Shown: one piece after another, positions 18,901 through 30,565 of the stretch
How positions within the stretch are numbered: the stretch's first letter is position 1
How the letters are laid out: each line of letters begins with the position of its first letter
NCBI GenBank assembly: GCA_000002445.1
Contig: CP000071.1
Coordinates: forward strand, 1,760,001 to 1,824,000
Direction: 5' to 3'
From: Trypanosoma brucei
Lineage: Eukaryota
Length of the DNA stretch: 64,000 nt
Made by a program: the position numbers and the translations under genes
Notes under the pieces: generated by a model
The model's database searches: none
What the model was told of the DNA's origin: nothing
What the model saw: the letters and a program-made list of their open reading frames with translations, nothing else

Positions 18901-21129
18901 ACGTATGTGTTTGTGTGTTCGTTTTGTCATCTTTCATTGTGTACTCTATTGTTCTCACTCACCCACTTGGTTTCCGCGCAAGTTTCCCTCTCCGTATGTT
19001 TGTGTGTGCGTGTGTTCTGACCGTTTCAGTGTTTGTTGGTTTGTTTGTTTTTACTGTTTGAGGTTGATTTTTACTTTTTATTTTGGTTGTTTGACTATTC
19101 GGCTTGCCCCCTTCCCTACCTCTTCCACATTGACTTCTTCAAATGTGCGGTTTTCGACCGTACCTCAAAGTTAACTTTTTTGTTTTTGTTTTTGTTTTTT
19201 CTTCCTTCTTTTCTTCTTTTTCTCCATCCTTCCATTGTTATTATTATTATTAATTTCCACTGTCGTTCGGAGTTTATGAGTTAGCCTTGCTTATGCTCGC
19301 GAGTAAATGCATTGGACTTTCCTTTTCTCCTCAACTGGATGTTACAACATCCGCATGTACAACATCAGCTGGATAAAATAGACAAATGGAGCTGGACTAA
19401 AAAGAATGAGTAAACGAAGAGGAAAGTAAGAGACAAAATTTTGTATTTACAAGAATGCAAAAGAGAATAATAAAAAAAAAAGTAGGAAGAAAGGAGAAAA
19501 GGGCATTCACACAGGTAGGCAAGTTTACACAATCATATATTCGTATATGTTTTCTTTGTATGGGCTTGCATCTGTATGCTTCTATACAGCTCTGCGTCTA
19601 TCTGTCTGTGTGTGTGTGTCTGTGTTTGTATTGTTTTTTTTAAAAAAATAAAAAAATTATTCTTTGTACCCGTGTAATTGGTTCTTTGTTTTAGCTTCAT
19701 CGCCAATTTTATTGATGATCTGCAAAGAAAAAAAAATCCAAAGGAAAGGTGAACGTGAAGGAGGAGGCAGGGGATGAGGAATGAACAAAAAAAAAACAAT
19801 GGAAAGAAAAGAAAGGGAGAAAAAGATGGGGAAAAAAGACAACGAAGCTGATTGATGTTTGGATGGGAGGAGAGGAGGAAAAGGAACCCAGTGATGAATA
19901 ATTCGGCGGGACGGAAGGGAACAAACTGTAGAAAAAACAAGAGACGAAACCATGAATTTGTGCTTAAGGAAATAAGGTAGAAAAAAAAAAGAAGAAGAGT
20001 AGGTGAAAATGCACTGTTGTTACCCGCCATTTTATTACCTCTCGGTTTCTGTGATGTGCGGTTTCCAGTGTCACTTCAGTTTTCTTTTTTCTTTTTTCTT
20101 TTTTACTTCACTGTCTTTTGTTCCGCTACGCTTTCTTTTTCCTCCATTGATGATTGCCGTCCGTCATCCGCCTTTGTCTTACCCTACATCTTCTTCTTCG
20201 GCGCGTGCCATTTTGTTATGTATTTTTTTTTCTTCCTCACTCCCTTCTGTTTGTATGATTGTTGATTGTATTGGCCAATACGCATCACTTTGTGTGTCTG
20301 TGCGGAAGGAAGGAAGGAAGGAAGTTGCCGAGGCTTGAGGAGGGCACTATGTGTTCCCCTTTAAGTGTTCACATCTTCTAGTCGGTGTTTGCTGTTTTTT
20401 TTGAAATTTTTTTTCTTTCCTCTGCGCACATGGTTATATATATATATTTACGTATTTTCATGCAAGTGTGTAGAAGGCGAGGAGTTCGCGAGCTATATTT
20501 CTCTGTTTTTAGAGAAAGGGAAGATGTGTTGTGTTTGATTAGCTGAATCCTCACCTGTCCCTTCCCTTTGCGTTTTCTTTTGTTTTTTCTCGTGTTGTTG
20601 TTTGGTTTTGCGCTTTTCTTGTGGATTCGCCTCTGTACTCCCTTATGTCTGCGCAACGCCGCAATTTTTTTTTATTCTAATTTTCCTTTTGTTCATTACC
20701 TAACTCTATTTACTTCTTTACTTTCACTCTTTTCTGCCTGTCATCACTTCCTCAATCTCTTTTCCCCTTCTTTATTTTATCACTTTATATTATAACAAGT
20801 GAAGCAATTTCCTTAGCTATTTGTTTCGGTACGGTTAATCAGATCAACCCACTTACATCTTCCCCCCTTTTGCCTTTTATTTCGCTTTGTTTAGTGCCTC
20901 ATTTGTTTATTTTTATTTTTTTAGTGTGTTCCGTTTTCCTTTTGTGGTGCGTGGTATTTTTTTATTGTTTTCCCACGGCAAGTATTGTCAGCTCGGTGTC
21001 CCCGCACATATCTTCCCTTAGCAGAGGAAAAGAGGGAAAAAGAAACGTAGAAGTGGCAAACAAAATCGGCAAAAGGAAAAAAAAGAAAAGAGGGTGAAAA
21101 CTTGATTGTGGTGCATACATTCCATTCAA

Positions 21130-24100
21130 ATGGAAAAGCTCCAACTGGAGCGAAATGAACTTCTCTTATACGTCCTACAGAACCCACCACCGTATGTGAC
21201 AATTGTTTTGCCTGAGGGTGTCCGCTCTGCAGCAGAACTTGATCTCACGCATACCCAGTCCCCACTCGCTGTGTATGCCGCTGCCACTGCTTCTAACCCC
21301 ATTGAAGTACGGGTGAGCGCCCCGCCTACGTTGTTGGGAGATAGTGCAGAGAAGAAAAAGAAAAAATGTGGATTAGGAACGACGGGGTCAGGGATTAATA
21401 GCCCAAGCAAAGGTAAAAGGCCCCGTTTTCGCTGGAAAGATCTGTCCAACTACTTCATGAGCCATCTTCGCGGCGACAGTCAAACGATGTGTAGCCCAGA
21501 GAAAACACCACCTGCCACACCCTCACGGTTGGATGCTGCGATGTCCAACCCTGAAAGGAAGCACTCACTACACGCCTATGTGACGGAGCCCAGCAAAAGT
21601 GAGGGTGGTCACGTTATTCAACTGTCGAAGTGCACTTCCGCCCGCCGTGAGCCGTTACCACTTGAGGGCAAGCAAGGGTATTCATTGGCGGAGTATGTGA
21701 CTCCATTTCTATCACAAACACAAGTTTCCGTGCAAAATCCATTGGAACGCCCCGTTCTGCCAGTGATTGAACTTTGTCCAGTACTGAATAGTGCCATGCT
21801 TCCTGAGTTTGATGAAGATGAGCGGCAGTTGCTGTTTTACGAGCACGTGGTGCTCGCGGCAAGTATTTTGCTTCCTGCACGTGGTGCCTGGTTTGACAGC
21901 AAGGTTGGGAGTAGGTATCGGAAAGCCATGGGTATCAGCAACGAGCAACATGTGCGCGTTCTCAGTAACATTTCCCCCGCAATAAAAGAGGGACAAGACA
22001 CATTGAATATGCCCATCAACCTCCAAACTATTGAGCGGCTTGTGGAAACTAGCTCTGACGGTGACTTTACCCAGCGAATGAATAAAATACTGTGTATGTG
22101 TTCCCAGTATCCGGAGGACCCGCAGCAGCGAAGGTATCCACTTTGCCTTCGCGCATTTATCTATGCTGGTGCACTTTCGCCTCTGTATGGAAGTAACAGC
22201 AGCGCGGATACTGTTCTTTTTGAAGAAGAGGTCCGCGATGTCATCACCGCGGTCCGAAACAGATTGGAAATACCGAAAAGTATCGAGCCCTTCTGCCGCG
22301 TCCATGCGCGGCTCCTTTCAATTGATGATGATGATGACGTCGAGAGGCGAACTGCCTTCCTGATGGGTGTGGCATCCGCATTACATGAATTGTCGAAAAG
22401 CACGGGTTCTCTCAGTAGAGAACCACTAACACCAGAGGTAAAATATATGTTGTACTTGTTGCAGGAAACGTTTGAAATGTCAACTGCACCCATTTCACTG
22501 CTGGGAGTCGTACGCTCTGATTATGCCTTCCTCTGCGTGTTCGATTTGTTTCTGGAGTCGTGCTTGTCACTTCCGACAGAATTCCTTTCAGTGTACGTTC
22601 AGGTGAATGGACGTGACTTATTGCCGCCGATGAGGCCCGTAAAAGACTTCCTTCTAAGCTTACTTTTGGTGTTCATCACGTGCGGGGTGCTACGAAGCTT
22701 TTGCAACTTAAAACTTGAAATCAATCCTCGTAATGCGCCACGGGATCTCCTTGCGAGTGTTCGCCATCTGGGCAGGAGCACACGTGAGTATTGCGACCTC
22801 CTTTCCCGCAGTGTTCAGCATGCGCCCGCCCTCATGTTACCTGGTGTGACAACTGTGGCTTCTCATCTCTTAGCTACGCATTGGGCTGATACGTTGAGTT
22901 GCGAGCGATTGCCGTCTGACTTCTCGGAAGGACTCCGCACGATGTTGTCCCTTTTACTTACGTACTCTTCGCCTGGCATGGAGAACGACGAGGACGTGAG
23001 CCACACGATCCTTGCCTGTGCGGGAAACCTTTCCTGGGTAGTTCCCGTCATGGAGAGGCACAACTGCGCTGCTAAGGGAAGAGTTCTGGCGAGGCTCCAA
23101 GCTGCGAAGGCAGTTGCAAAAGCCGGGGTTCCAGTGCAGAGACTTATGTTGAACCGCATCGAGGAGCTTATGGAAGAACTAGAGTCGTTCATATCCCCTC
23201 CTCCACTTGTTCCAGCGGCGGCTAATGTGGTGCGTCAACGGTTGTCGCTTGTCGTAGACACACTTAGTGACATATTTGCTGATATGAAGGCCCCTTACAC
23301 CCGTCTTAGCTCGCGCAGCGGTTCCCTAGCGACGAAGGCTGGAGGTTACTTTGAGGAGTACAAGGCGCAATTGGAACTTCAAGAAAAGGTGTTTTCTTTG
23401 TCCCTATCAACAGAGGACGCTGTAGCGCGACTGAAATGCTTATCTGTAATCGATGAGAGACTAAGGAAAATTGCAATACAATCCCAAAGAGACTACCAGT
23501 TGGTGCGCCAAGTAACTGGTGCACCGGCCGCCGGATTTGAAGACCTGCTCGGCACCCTTACGAACCCGCTGAGCGAAAGCATCAACATGTTTCGCGATGT
23601 TGTAGCAGCGACTATCGTTCGTGTTGAGCTTGCTGGGCTGCTCTTCGACAAGTTCATGAAGACAGACATGCGATTGTACAAAGTTCTGAAGTCCGATAAG
23701 GCGGCTGTCCCGGACCGGCGACACATTCAGCTTGAGTTTCCCGAAGTGACGATGGTTTCTGTGCTTAAGCGATTGGAATCTGTCATCGTTTCTGTTTCTG
23801 CTGTTATTAACGACCCTTTTGTGGATGCTGAGGTGTGGTCGATGACCATGTTGCACTTCGTTTCTGCGCTCTACTATGTGTATTTTGAAGAGTCAGATTG
23901 TCGGTTCTTTTGTCCAGAAGACTGGAAATGCATTTTGCAGGACCTCCGGATCGTTGACATGTTCATGAAGGAATCTTTTCCGTACCCTCCACGTGGTGAG
24001 CCAGCTAGAGGCGTTACCGAAAGGGCCGTGGAGCTGCTGCGTTGGCTTCAGCAAATTGTTCTCCATTGCTTTCCCTACTCTTCCACTGCACTTGTTAACG

Positions 24101-24261
24101 GGGCTGATGGAGCTCCTCCATTTGCTCAGTTACCACCGTCTTCCGATACCACGCCTTGGAGCAAACATGTGGTGCGCCGGGTGTTAAGGCGCCGGAAGGA
24201 TAAGGTGGCGAAGTCTGCTTCAGGCTTGGGTGGTTTCTTTCGTTGGGATACTTCGCAGTGA
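21130..24261 (+). CDS. Large hypothetical protein (1043 aa), no recognisable catalytic motif
   Basis: 3.1 kb uninterrupted ORF. The ORF-track start at 21106 is TTG; the first ATG (MEKLQLERNELLLYVLQN...) is at 21130. Mixed-composition globular sequence. Confidence 0.7.
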   Translation: MEKLQLERNELLLYVLQNPPPYVTIVLPEGVRSAAELDLTHTQSPLAVYAAATASNPIEVRVSAPPTLLGDSAEKKKKKCGLGTTGSGINSPSKGKRPRFRWKDLSNYFMSHLRGDSQTMCSPEKTPPATPSRLDAAMSNPERKHSLHAYVTEPSKSEGGHVIQLSKCTSARREPLPLEGKQGYSLAEYVTPFLSQTQVSVQNPLERPVLPVIELCPVLNSAMLPEFDEDERQLLFYEHVVLAASILLPARGAWFDSKVGSRYRKAMGISNEQHVRVLSNISPAIKEGQDTLNMPINLQTIERLVETSSDGDFTQRMNKILCMCSQYPEDPQQRRYPLCLRAFIYAGALSPLYGSNSSADTVLFEEEVRDVITAVRNRLEIPKSIEPFCRVHARLLSIDDDDDVERRTAFLMGVASALHELSKSTGSLSREPLTPEVKYMLYLLQETFEMSTAPISLLGVVRSDYAFLCVFDLFLESCLSLPTEFLSVYVQVNGRDLLPPMRPVKDFLLSLLLVFITCGVLRSFCNLKLEINPRNAPRDLLASVRHLGRSTREYCDLLSRSVQHAPALMLPGVTTVASHLLATHWADTLSCERLPSDFSEGLRTMLSLLLTYSSPGMENDEDVSHTILACAGNLSWVVPVMERHNCAAKGRVLARLQAAKAVAKAGVPVQRLMLNRIEELMEELESFISPPPLVPAAANVVRQRLSLVVDTLSDIFADMKAPYTRLSSRSGSLATKAGGYFEEYKAQLELQEKVFSLSLSTEDAVARLKCLSVIDERLRKIAIQSQRDYQLVRQVTGAPAAGFEDLLGTLTNPLSESINMFRDVVAATIVRVELAGLLFDKFMKTDMRLYKVLKSDKAAVPDRRHIQLEFPEVTMVSVLKRLESVIVSVSAVINDPFVDAEVWSMTMLHFVSALYYVYFEESDCRFFCPEDWKCILQDLRIVDMFMKESFPYPPRGEPARGVTERAVELLRWLQQIVLHCFPYSSTALVNGADGAPPFAQLPPSSDTTPWSKHVVRRVLRRRKDKVAKSASGLGGFFRWDTSQ

Positions 24262-25228
24262 CGAGAAAAAAAGAAAAGGAAGGAAGAGAAAGCATTGTTA
24301 AAAAGGAGGAAGCAAAACATATCAGGTGGTTGGGCCGCTGCCGCCGACATTTTAGGTTGAAGGCGAAGCTCGCAAAAGCCGGATGGGGTGTTTGGATGTC
24401 AACGTGTGTGTATGTGTGTATGGGAAGGATAAAAACTCGAGTGAGCATGGAATTAAGCGTGAGGAAAATGATTGTTTCAGTCAATTGAGGAAAGGAAGTA
24501 GAAATAAGCGGTTGCGGACGTACCACAAGAAGGGTTCTCCCTTTTACCGCGCAAAAGTACGGGCGCCTCCAATTGCATGTACACACGGGTATGGACGTAA
24601 GAATGTTAACTCCCCTGTACTGTCCTTGCCGCAAAAGCAAGTGTCGGTTATTCCTGGTGAAAGCTGTACTACTGCGTCAGTTAAACGGCTATTCTGCTTT
24701 GTTGTTTGTTGTATAAGTTGTTTTATTTTATTCTTTTTTTTTCGCTCCTTTTTTGTGTCATCTTTTCGTTTGTTTGCATTCTCGTTCGGCTCTTCTCCTG
24801 TGCGTGAAGGTAGGCAAGGGGAAGTCGGTAAGTAGGGAGCACGGAGGACAGGATAGCAGGACGTATGGTGTGTATAAATATTATATATACATACGTACTT
24901 GTGTCTGGGTCACTGAATAGCAAAAAAAAAAATTAAGAAAATTTAAAAATTCTCTCTGTGTTGACCCTGCGCCTTCACCATTCCCCCCCCCCTTGTCATT
25001 CACTCTGCCGTATTTTCTACAGCGTTTTTTTTAATTTTTTGACTAATTCTTTTTCCTTGTTACATCCTCCACTGGTTCGTACGTTGTCCCGTGCACTGGA
25101 TTTGTGTTCGTGTGAGAAACCCAAGTGATGAAAGGAAACCGAGTGTGGCGAATCGCCTGCTGGCTTGGAAATAGCTGTTGCGCGCGTTTCCGCCAATTAA
25201 AAAAAAAAGTGTGTGCCTATAAGCATGT

Positions 25229-25267
25229 GTCTTTTCTTTTTTCTTTCCTGTCCTCCCCCAATGAAAG
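25229..25267 (+). promoter_or_regulatory. Polypyrimidine tract/AG upstream of the HMG-CoA synthase ATG
   Basis: tcttttcttttttctttcctgtcctcccccaatgaaag, about 50 nt 5' of ATG 25314. Confidence 0.4.
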
Positions 25268-25313
25268 AGGAATACATAAGAAAAAAAATACAAGTAAGCA
25301 AAACGCCATTAAA

Positions 25314-26813
25314 ATGCGCCGAACTGTGCGTTCCCTCGCTGGTATCAGTGGCATGAGTGTGTACACCCCACCGTGCCGCGTCGCCCTAAAGGAATGGTGC
25401 AACTGGACCGGGAATGATTGGAAAAAGGTATCCAATGTTGTTGGTGATTCATTCCGCGTTCCTTCCAATAACGAAAACGCTTACACGATGGCCGCGTCAG
25501 CGGTATTGCGGCTGATTCTGAACTACGAAGTGGATCCCTCTCGCGTTGGTTTCCTTGGGTTCGGAACGGAAAGCAGCTCCGACAACTCCGCTGGTGCAGT
25601 TATTGTGCGAGGGATGGTCGATAAGGCGCTTAAAGAACTTGGGATGCCCGCACTCTCCCGTCATTGTGAAGTGCCGGAGTTTAAACATGCGTGTCTTGGC
25701 GGTGTGTACGCACTGAAGGGTGCCGCACGGTATGCGGAGGTGGATGGAGGAGATGACAAATTGGCCATTGTTGTTGCATCAGATATTGCCGAGTACGCAC
25801 TGGGGTCGACGGGGGAACAGACACAGGGCGCTGGTTCCGTTGCGATGCTTGTACAAAAAACTCCACGGCTCTTGGAACTGAACACGAAGGCTGCTGGTTC
25901 CGCGTCGGACTACCGCGGACCCGACTTCCGCAAACCGTACAGACGACATTTTATTAAGGAATATGGCAGCACCGCAGAAAATGGTAAGATCCCCGATTTC
26001 CCCGTATTTTCTGGTCCGTACAGCACATTAGTCTACCTTGATGAGGTGACTGCGGCTGTCGAAAATATGTTGTCAAGACTAAACCAGGAGCCGGCGGACT
26101 ACTATGACTCCGTGTCTGCTTTGTTTTTCCATCGCCCGTATCACATGATGCCTGTTCAGGCTATGTCATTTCTCTACACACGTGGTCTTGCAAGGTCAAC
26201 AGCCGAAACTCACAAAACATTCTTTGAAGAGCTCTGTGGTAAGGCGAAGGTTGATTCCAGCGCTGTGCGAGCGGAACTTGACAAGGTGCCTAACTATTTC
26301 GAAGTAATTGATGAGGGGAAGGAACCCAAGGATGCATTTACAATGACGAATAAAGTTGCCAAGGTCCTCCGTTCAGAGAAGGTGTTTGCCGACTTTCTCG
26401 GCTCCAAGATGAGCCTTGGTAGTACCACCATGGCAAACTTTGGAAACCTCTACACAGCTTCCCTCCCATGCTGGTTGGCTGCTGGTTGCGAGGACGCATA
26501 CAGTAGGAAGATCGACATCACCGGCAAACCCATGGTAATGATTGGTTACGGCTCCGGAGACGCCAGCGAGGCCATTCCAATAACCCCAGTGAAGGGGTGG
26601 GAGGAGGCCGCGGCGAAAATTAACCTCAGTGAGGCCTTGGGGAACTCTATAAACTTGACGGAGGAACAATATAAGGGCCTCCACACGGGGTCCCTCAAGG
26701 ATGATTTTGCCGCAGATAAACGTCAGAAGGAGTTTGTCGTGGACCGCATCGGTACTCGAAATGAGGCAGCGTTTCAGGATATTGGTATCGAATATTACCG
26801 GTTCGTGAAGTAG
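25314..26813 (+). CDS. HMGS: Hydroxymethylglutaryl-CoA synthase, bacterial mvaS-like type, with a short N-terminal presequence
   Basis: GFGTESSSDNSAGAV carries the catalytic Glu motif; ACLGGVYALKGAARYA carries the catalytic Cys; the overall mvaS-like layout is present. The ORF-track start 25125 is GTG; MRRTVRSLAGISGMSVYTPP at 25314 follows the poly-Y tract. Confidence 0.88.
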   Translation: MRRTVRSLAGISGMSVYTPPCRVALKEWCNWTGNDWKKVSNVVGDSFRVPSNNENAYTMAASAVLRLILNYEVDPSRVGFLGFGTESSSDNSAGAVIVRGMVDKALKELGMPALSRHCEVPEFKHACLGGVYALKGAARYAEVDGGDDKLAIVVASDIAEYALGSTGEQTQGAGSVAMLVQKTPRLLELNTKAAGSASDYRGPDFRKPYRRHFIKEYGSTAENGKIPDFPVFSGPYSTLVYLDEVTAAVENMLSRLNQEPADYYDSVSALFFHRPYHMMPVQAMSFLYTRGLARSTAETHKTFFEELCGKAKVDSSAVRAELDKVPNYFEVIDEGKEPKDAFTMTNKVAKVLRSEKVFADFLGSKMSLGSTTMANFGNLYTASLPCWLAAGCEDAYSRKIDITGKPMVMIGYGSGDASEAIPITPVKGWEEAAAKINLSEALGNSINLTEEQYKGLHTGSLKDDFAADKRQKEFVVDRIGTRNEAAFQDIGIEYYRFVK

Positions 26814-28118
26814 TGTGTTGGAGCGACTTTGCGAAATCAAATGCAAGTGGCACCATACATTGGTGGTGCATGCGTGAGAAGAGGGAGGAAGGGGGAGGGG
26901 TGAAATTACCAACACGGGATTAGGGTTGCTGCTCTCTCTCTCTTTTTCTGCTTATTTTTCCTGCGATATATAGGCATACAGTTATTTAATTGTTAGTACG
27001 CGTGAGCGTGTGGGTCCGCTGTTTTGCTGACGGAGGGATATTAAATGGAAAGAGACTACGAAGCTTGCTGCTTCGGTGTTTTTATTTTTTTTACCCCTAT
27101 ACATAGGATGGAGATGGGTAAATAAAGGGCCCATTAAATGATAATCGTCCATGAGCGAGCAGTGAATGAGACTACAACCAAACTTATCAAGCATTTTGGT
27201 GAGTTAAAGGGGGAAAAAAGAAGACTTGGAACTTCAGTTCTGAGTGTAAGAGACTTGAATGGGCCGAAAGAACACAGTGACACGTTTCTGTCGAAGTATC
27301 ATCAACCTTTTGTTGTGAATCTTTCCTACGGTGAAGGCTTGCTAAGGGGGAGAGGGGAACGGATATACATATTTTTTTAAAAAATGAAAAAAGAGGAAAG
27401 GAATACGTGTAAACTACTGAAGGGTGGTTTAATTGAGCTCATAACAATACGAAGAATAGGGGTAGGAAGGTAGTTTAAGTACATCAAATGAGTAATTAAA
27501 GAGGGACTGATGAAGGCCACGAGTGCCATGTGCTATAGCACGTTTTTACCCACGAGGGGTACTCAAACTTGGTCTAAGCGAAAAAATGACGGGTATACCA
27601 CATTCAGTACACAAAGGTGCATATCGTCTATAGTCGTCGTCTTCCTCTTCCTCCTTTTCGACATTCACCGTTGTTTTGTTTTTCCTCCTTTTACCTACTC
27701 CCATTTATTATTATTATTACTGTTGTTGTTGTTTTTGTTTTCCCGAAGGTTTTATTTTAATTTTTGTAGGAACATTACCACCTCACATAATTGGAGTTGG
27801 CTCGGCTAATGCGGTGCACACTGTTTTGTAATTTTTCTTTTTATATGTATGCACCTTTGTTCTTTTTTTTCTTTTTTTGAGCTTTACGGGGTTATTCCAC
27901 ATATGCAAGTTTTAAACCTTTACTCTTATCTTTACCCTTCCCCTCCCGTCTCCCATGTTGTACAACGGATTTTGCTTTTGCAACCTCTTATTTGTGTATG
28001 AAAGGGGATTGTTCCCGGTGTGTGCTTAGGGTTGTCGCATCTCCTGAAGGACGGTATCACATTTCGAGCCAAACATAGTGGAAAAGTCGGACCGAAGTGG
28101 TGAACAACAGTGGCTGAG

Positions 28119-29045
28119 ATGTCGTGGTTCGGTTGGGACCGAAAATCTGGGGACGAAAAGGCAGAACGAGAAGAGACTGAGAAAACTATAGCGGCTATAT
28201 TTTCCCCTTCGCACGCCACGGTGAGGGACGCTCCCGACAGCAAAGACTCCATCCTCCGCGAATCAACTGTGCGTCTCTTCAAGAAGGGTGAGGAGCCGGT
28301 ACCTTACACTGCCGTAGGCGGGACTTTTCAAACCAAACACACCGTTGAAACAATGCGAGAGGACCGCATGTCCGGTGGGGAGAAACCGGTACCGCTGGAC
28401 CTTCTACCACCATGTCCGATAGCCGGTTACGAACTTCGCTCAGATGGGCTTGTGGATAACATTGAAAAACCGCCGCGTACGCTGACCGCTCAAGAGTTAC
28501 GATCGCTTGTGGCTGGGCTTTCTTCCATCGAGCAGCGCGCAAGGTACGAAGTGGACACGCAACTCCCACAACAGGTGCACAATAGGGGTCGACGTGGTTT
28601 GGAGGTGGTGGTTAACCCATGCTTGCACATGTGTGGCTTGTACTTAATGTTGTGGAAGGCTCCACGCCTGTACTTTAACGCATCACCGCGGGGGAGTGCC
28701 TTCTTCACACGAGTTATGACATTGCTGCGTTGGAATATGCCCGAGATCGAGAAGGAAAAACTTGCGCGGAAGCACCGACGTCTGCTACAGGCAACGAATG
28801 CCCGAGTAACTTTGGCCTTTCTTACCGGAGTTTTTCTTACGGCCGTTGCCGTCATCACACGTCCGCCTGTTGATGTTCTTGACGTGGGGCCCGACGTGGA
28901 AGTTGGCAAGCGGTCCGTTGGTTTTCAGCAGCATTCTGAGGCAGCGCTGCGCTGGTTGTGGCTTGTGTACTACCACCATCCAGCGTACAAACCGCTTGCG
29001 CAGGGGACGCGACCGCCGATCCTGTTAGAAAGCAGCAGCCGCTGA
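28119..29045 (+). CDS. Hypothetical protein with one predicted TM helix
   Basis: ORF-track start 28110 is GTG; first ATG is at 28119. Hydrophobic segment VTLAFLTGVFLTAVAVI. No recognisable domain. Confidence 0.55.
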   Translation: MSWFGWDRKSGDEKAEREETEKTIAAIFSPSHATVRDAPDSKDSILRESTVRLFKKGEEPVPYTAVGGTFQTKHTVETMREDRMSGGEKPVPLDLLPPCPIAGYELRSDGLVDNIEKPPRTLTAQELRSLVAGLSSIEQRARYEVDTQLPQQVHNRGRRGLEVVVNPCLHMCGLYLMLWKAPRLYFNASPRGSAFFTRVMTLLRWNMPEIEKEKLARKHRRLLQATNARVTLAFLTGVFLTAVAVITRPPVDVLDVGPDVEVGKRSVGFQQHSEAALRWLWLVYYHHPAYKPLAQGTRPPILLESSSR

Positions 29046-29527
29046 CAGTTCGCCAAGGAATCGAACAATGAGCGCCGCGTTGGTGCATTTTCGCTGGGGT
29101 GTGTTGAGTTGGTTGCGAGTGGAAGCTGCGATGCCGTTATTTCGGCCTTGCTCCAGTCCTCCTTTTTCACACTTTTGTACTGTACACCTTATACCAAGAG
29201 AAATGAACCCATATTGTTGTGTGGAGGTGTTTATGCCTGCCTTTCATGGGCTGGTGAGCAACCATGCGCCCAGTCCGTTGTTTTACTTATTTTCATTCAC
29301 TGCTGCATTCGTTTCATGTTATTATGCTCTCGCGCGTCTTTGCCTCCTTTTTATGTGTATGCGCTTCCCTGCACCAGTGGCACTTTAGAAGCGGTAGTGA
29401 AGGGGAAAGGTGGGGGAGTTAGGACGGCACGGGGTCGAGTGGGACGAGGGGAGTAGCGGCGAGCTGCATTCTTGTTTGTGTTTGCGCGTATACACAAGTG
29501 AGGAGGGGGGGGCGTGCTAAAGTAGGC

Positions 29528-30418
29528 ATGGACACAACTACCTCGTCTGACTTCACGGAGGAACTATTTTCCGTACTGTTAGAATCCTGTACACCGTCCC
29601 GCTCTCGTGTTGAGACACTAACACAAATAGCTCTTCGCAACTTACCGTGTGCCACGGCCACCTGGTCAGCGTTACGAAGGGCTTTCGTGCGTCAACAAGA
29701 GCTGGAATCAGACGAGAACAAGGCTTTGTGGTATGTTTTAGACTCCCTCATGAAGCACGCCCCGCACGTATTCATTCCCCTTGTGGCGCCGCGGTTATTT
29801 GACTTCGTCGTGCAGCAGCTTCCGTGGCACCTCGCGGGTGTCGTTTCAACGTATGGCAGTGGGGCGCTGTGGTGTGATTCAATGATACGCACGTGGGAAG
29901 GGCTTCTGCCTCCCCTACTTTTCCGCACGGTTAACTCTTTTGTTGTGCAGTTGCGCGGCGGGAAGGAGCTCTCACAGGCGATGAATCCCAATGATGCAGA
30001 CGAAGAGATACAGACAATCGACTTTCCAGCCACGCGGGAGGAAATGCAGCAACTGCAAGAGGCGTGGGACGTTTTCCGCACTTTTGCAGCGGAGGGTGCC
30101 GTGAATAGGGCAGGAGCCACGCCAACAACACCGGGAGATGTCGTTAAGACGGAGCAAACAACAACGGCGGTAGTTGCTACTGCAGAAGTTTGTGTGAAGC
30201 AGGAGCCGAGTCTCACAACGGCTGGTGTTGTGAAGTCCGAGTACGGCGCACATGCCGGAGTGAATACCGATGACGAAGACGATTCGGATGTGGAGTACAT
30301 CCCCGTTTTTGTTCGAGGGGCCCAACGGCGCGAATTACCGCCTCTCACAAACGAAAATGGGACCGCACCGCGCCCCCGCCGGGCCGCCAGGCGCCGTCCA
30401 CGGGATGATGGTGAGTGA
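29528..30418 (+). CDS. Hypothetical protein with an N-terminal CID/RPR-like (CTD-interacting domain) helical region and an acidic/basic C-terminus
   Basis: ENKALWYVLDSLMKHAPHVFIPLVAPRLFDFVVQQL resembles the conserved CID block (K-L-x-L-L-Y-L-x-N-D-V-x-Q). The ORF-track start is GTG; ATG (MDTTTSSDF) is at 29528. Confidence 0.45.
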   Translation: MDTTTSSDFTEELFSVLLESCTPSRSRVETLTQIALRNLPCATATWSALRRAFVRQQELESDENKALWYVLDSLMKHAPHVFIPLVAPRLFDFVVQQLPWHLAGVVSTYGSGALWCDSMIRTWEGLLPPLLFRTVNSFVVQLRGGKELSQAMNPNDADEEIQTIDFPATREEMQQLQEAWDVFRTFAAEGAVNRAGATPTTPGDVVKTEQTTTAVVATAEVCVKQEPSLTTAGVVKSEYGAHAGVNTDDEDDSDVEYIPVFVRGAQRRELPPLTNENGTAPRPRRAARRRPRDDGE

Positions 30419-30542
30419 TTGTGTTGTTAGACGACTGCGGGTGGTGGACAGGTAGTGATGCTGTGGTTTACAACGAATCTGCCCTTCCACTTCTTTTGTT
30501 TTGACATTTTACCATTTTTCCCTTCTCCCTCGACTCTCTTCC

Positions 30543-30565
30543 TATATATATATATATATATATAT
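30543..30565. repeat. (TA)n microsatellite
   Basis: tatatatatatatatatatatat. Confidence 0.9.

Noticed and set aside
19533-20030. 165-aa minus-strand ORF and other ORFs in the 18.8-21.1 kb spacer
   Set aside because: Generated by purine-rich (+) or pyrimidine-rich (-) low-complexity sequence; compositionally not protein-like.
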